Part shown: piece after piece, positions 63,426 to 64,000 of the stretch
Layout: each line of letters opens with the position of its first letter
Position numbering within the stretch: the stretch's first letter is position 1
Assembly: GCA_035415725.1 (NCBI GenBank)
Contig: DAOOGN010000004.1
Coordinates: 7,353 to 71,352 of the forward strand
DNA: 64,000 nt
Origin: Anaerolineae bacterium
GTDB taxonomy: Bacteria > Chloroflexota > Anaerolineae > B4-G1 > SLSP01
Direction of reading: 5' to 3'
Made by a program: the position numbers and the translations under genes
Notes under the pieces: model-generated
The model's input: only the letters and a program-made list of their open reading frames with translations
Database searches by the model: none
What the model was told of the DNA's origin: nothing

Positions 63426-64000
63426 ACAAACTCTCCAATTCTTGCAAAAACGCTTTCCCTTCTTCCGGCGTTACCGGCTCGACAATGTAGAACAGGAAGC
63501 CTTTGCCGCCGAGTTCTTTCTGGATGGTGAACGCGCCTTTGCAATCCACATAAACCTGGCAGAGTTTGCCGCCGTCGCGGATGCGCTTGAGCAGGGGCAA
63601 CCAGCCGTCGGCGAGCGGTTGGCCGTCGCCGGGCTGCCATTGGATGCCGCGCAGTCGCTCGATGCCGAGCAGATAGTCCAGATGCGGGATTTCGCCTTTG
63701 CCGTCCAGGTGATAGAAACCGTAGTCCAGGTGAGCACAGCAGGCCGTCAGGTCGGGCAGGACGAAGCGCTTGAACATGCGCGGCGAGATCATGTAGGAGA
63801 AGTCGCATTGTAGCATGTAGCCTTTGCCCGGCGACCAGCACGGTCCCCAGCAGGCATTGCCGCGCCCGACGGTACTGGTGATGGCGTAGAACTCGTCGTA
63901 GTAGCGCAGCCAGAGGGGGGTGATCTCGCTCACGAGCCGGTCCACTTCCTCCGGCGCGTCAACCAGATCGAGCAGGAGCTTCTCCGAGCCGCGCAGGCTG
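63415..64000 (-). CDS. Uroporphyrinogen decarboxylase-like (UroD/MetE fold) protein, C-terminal part, truncated by window edge
   Basis: QCDFSYMISPRMFKRFVLP, YHLDGKG, IQWQPG. Confidence 0.72.
   Translation of the reverse strand, partial: SLRGSEKLLLDLVDAPEEVDRLVSEITPLWLRYYDEFYAITSTVGRGNACWGPCWSPGKGYMLQCDFSYMISPRMFKRFVLPDLTACCAHLDYGFYHLDGKGEIPHLDYLLGIERLRGIQWQPGDGQPLADGWLPLLKRIRDGGKLCQVYVDCKGAFTIQKELGGKGFLFYIVEPVTPEEGKAFLQELESLYTG

Overview
This is ordinary bacterial chromosome, roughly 60% GC by eye. Gene content points to Chloroflexota, probably Anaerolineae (inference). About 55 genes or pseudogenes are present. They cover sugar uptake and catabolism (Opp/Dpp-type ABC transporter with a GH2 beta-galactosidase, PfkB kinases, class II aldolase, SrlD/SorE-like dehydrogenases), housekeeping (hutU, alr, purA, glgC, def, Mrp/ApbC), several GT-C-type membrane glycosyltransferases, signalling proteins and two toxin-antitoxin loci whose toxins carry stop codons. 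No transposase, integrase, phage gene, tRNA/rRNA or CRISPR array was seen. The intergenic DNA is heavily colonised by short, nested non-autonomous elements. One of these, a 124-bp MITE with 4-5 bp target duplications, demonstrably splits a gene. Best leads: (1) an IclR regulator fused to a PPOX/flavin-binding split-barrel domain, heading an NMT1/THI5-type ABC importer and preceded by tandem operator-like boxes; (2) the modular MITE/REP system, including a TA cassette bracketed by element ends; (3) an ABC-F gene behind a leader peptide and terminator; (4) an EAD-like helical module inserted into beta-galactosidase; (5) a glycogenin-like GT8. Family assignments come from recognising motifs by eye, not from database searches.
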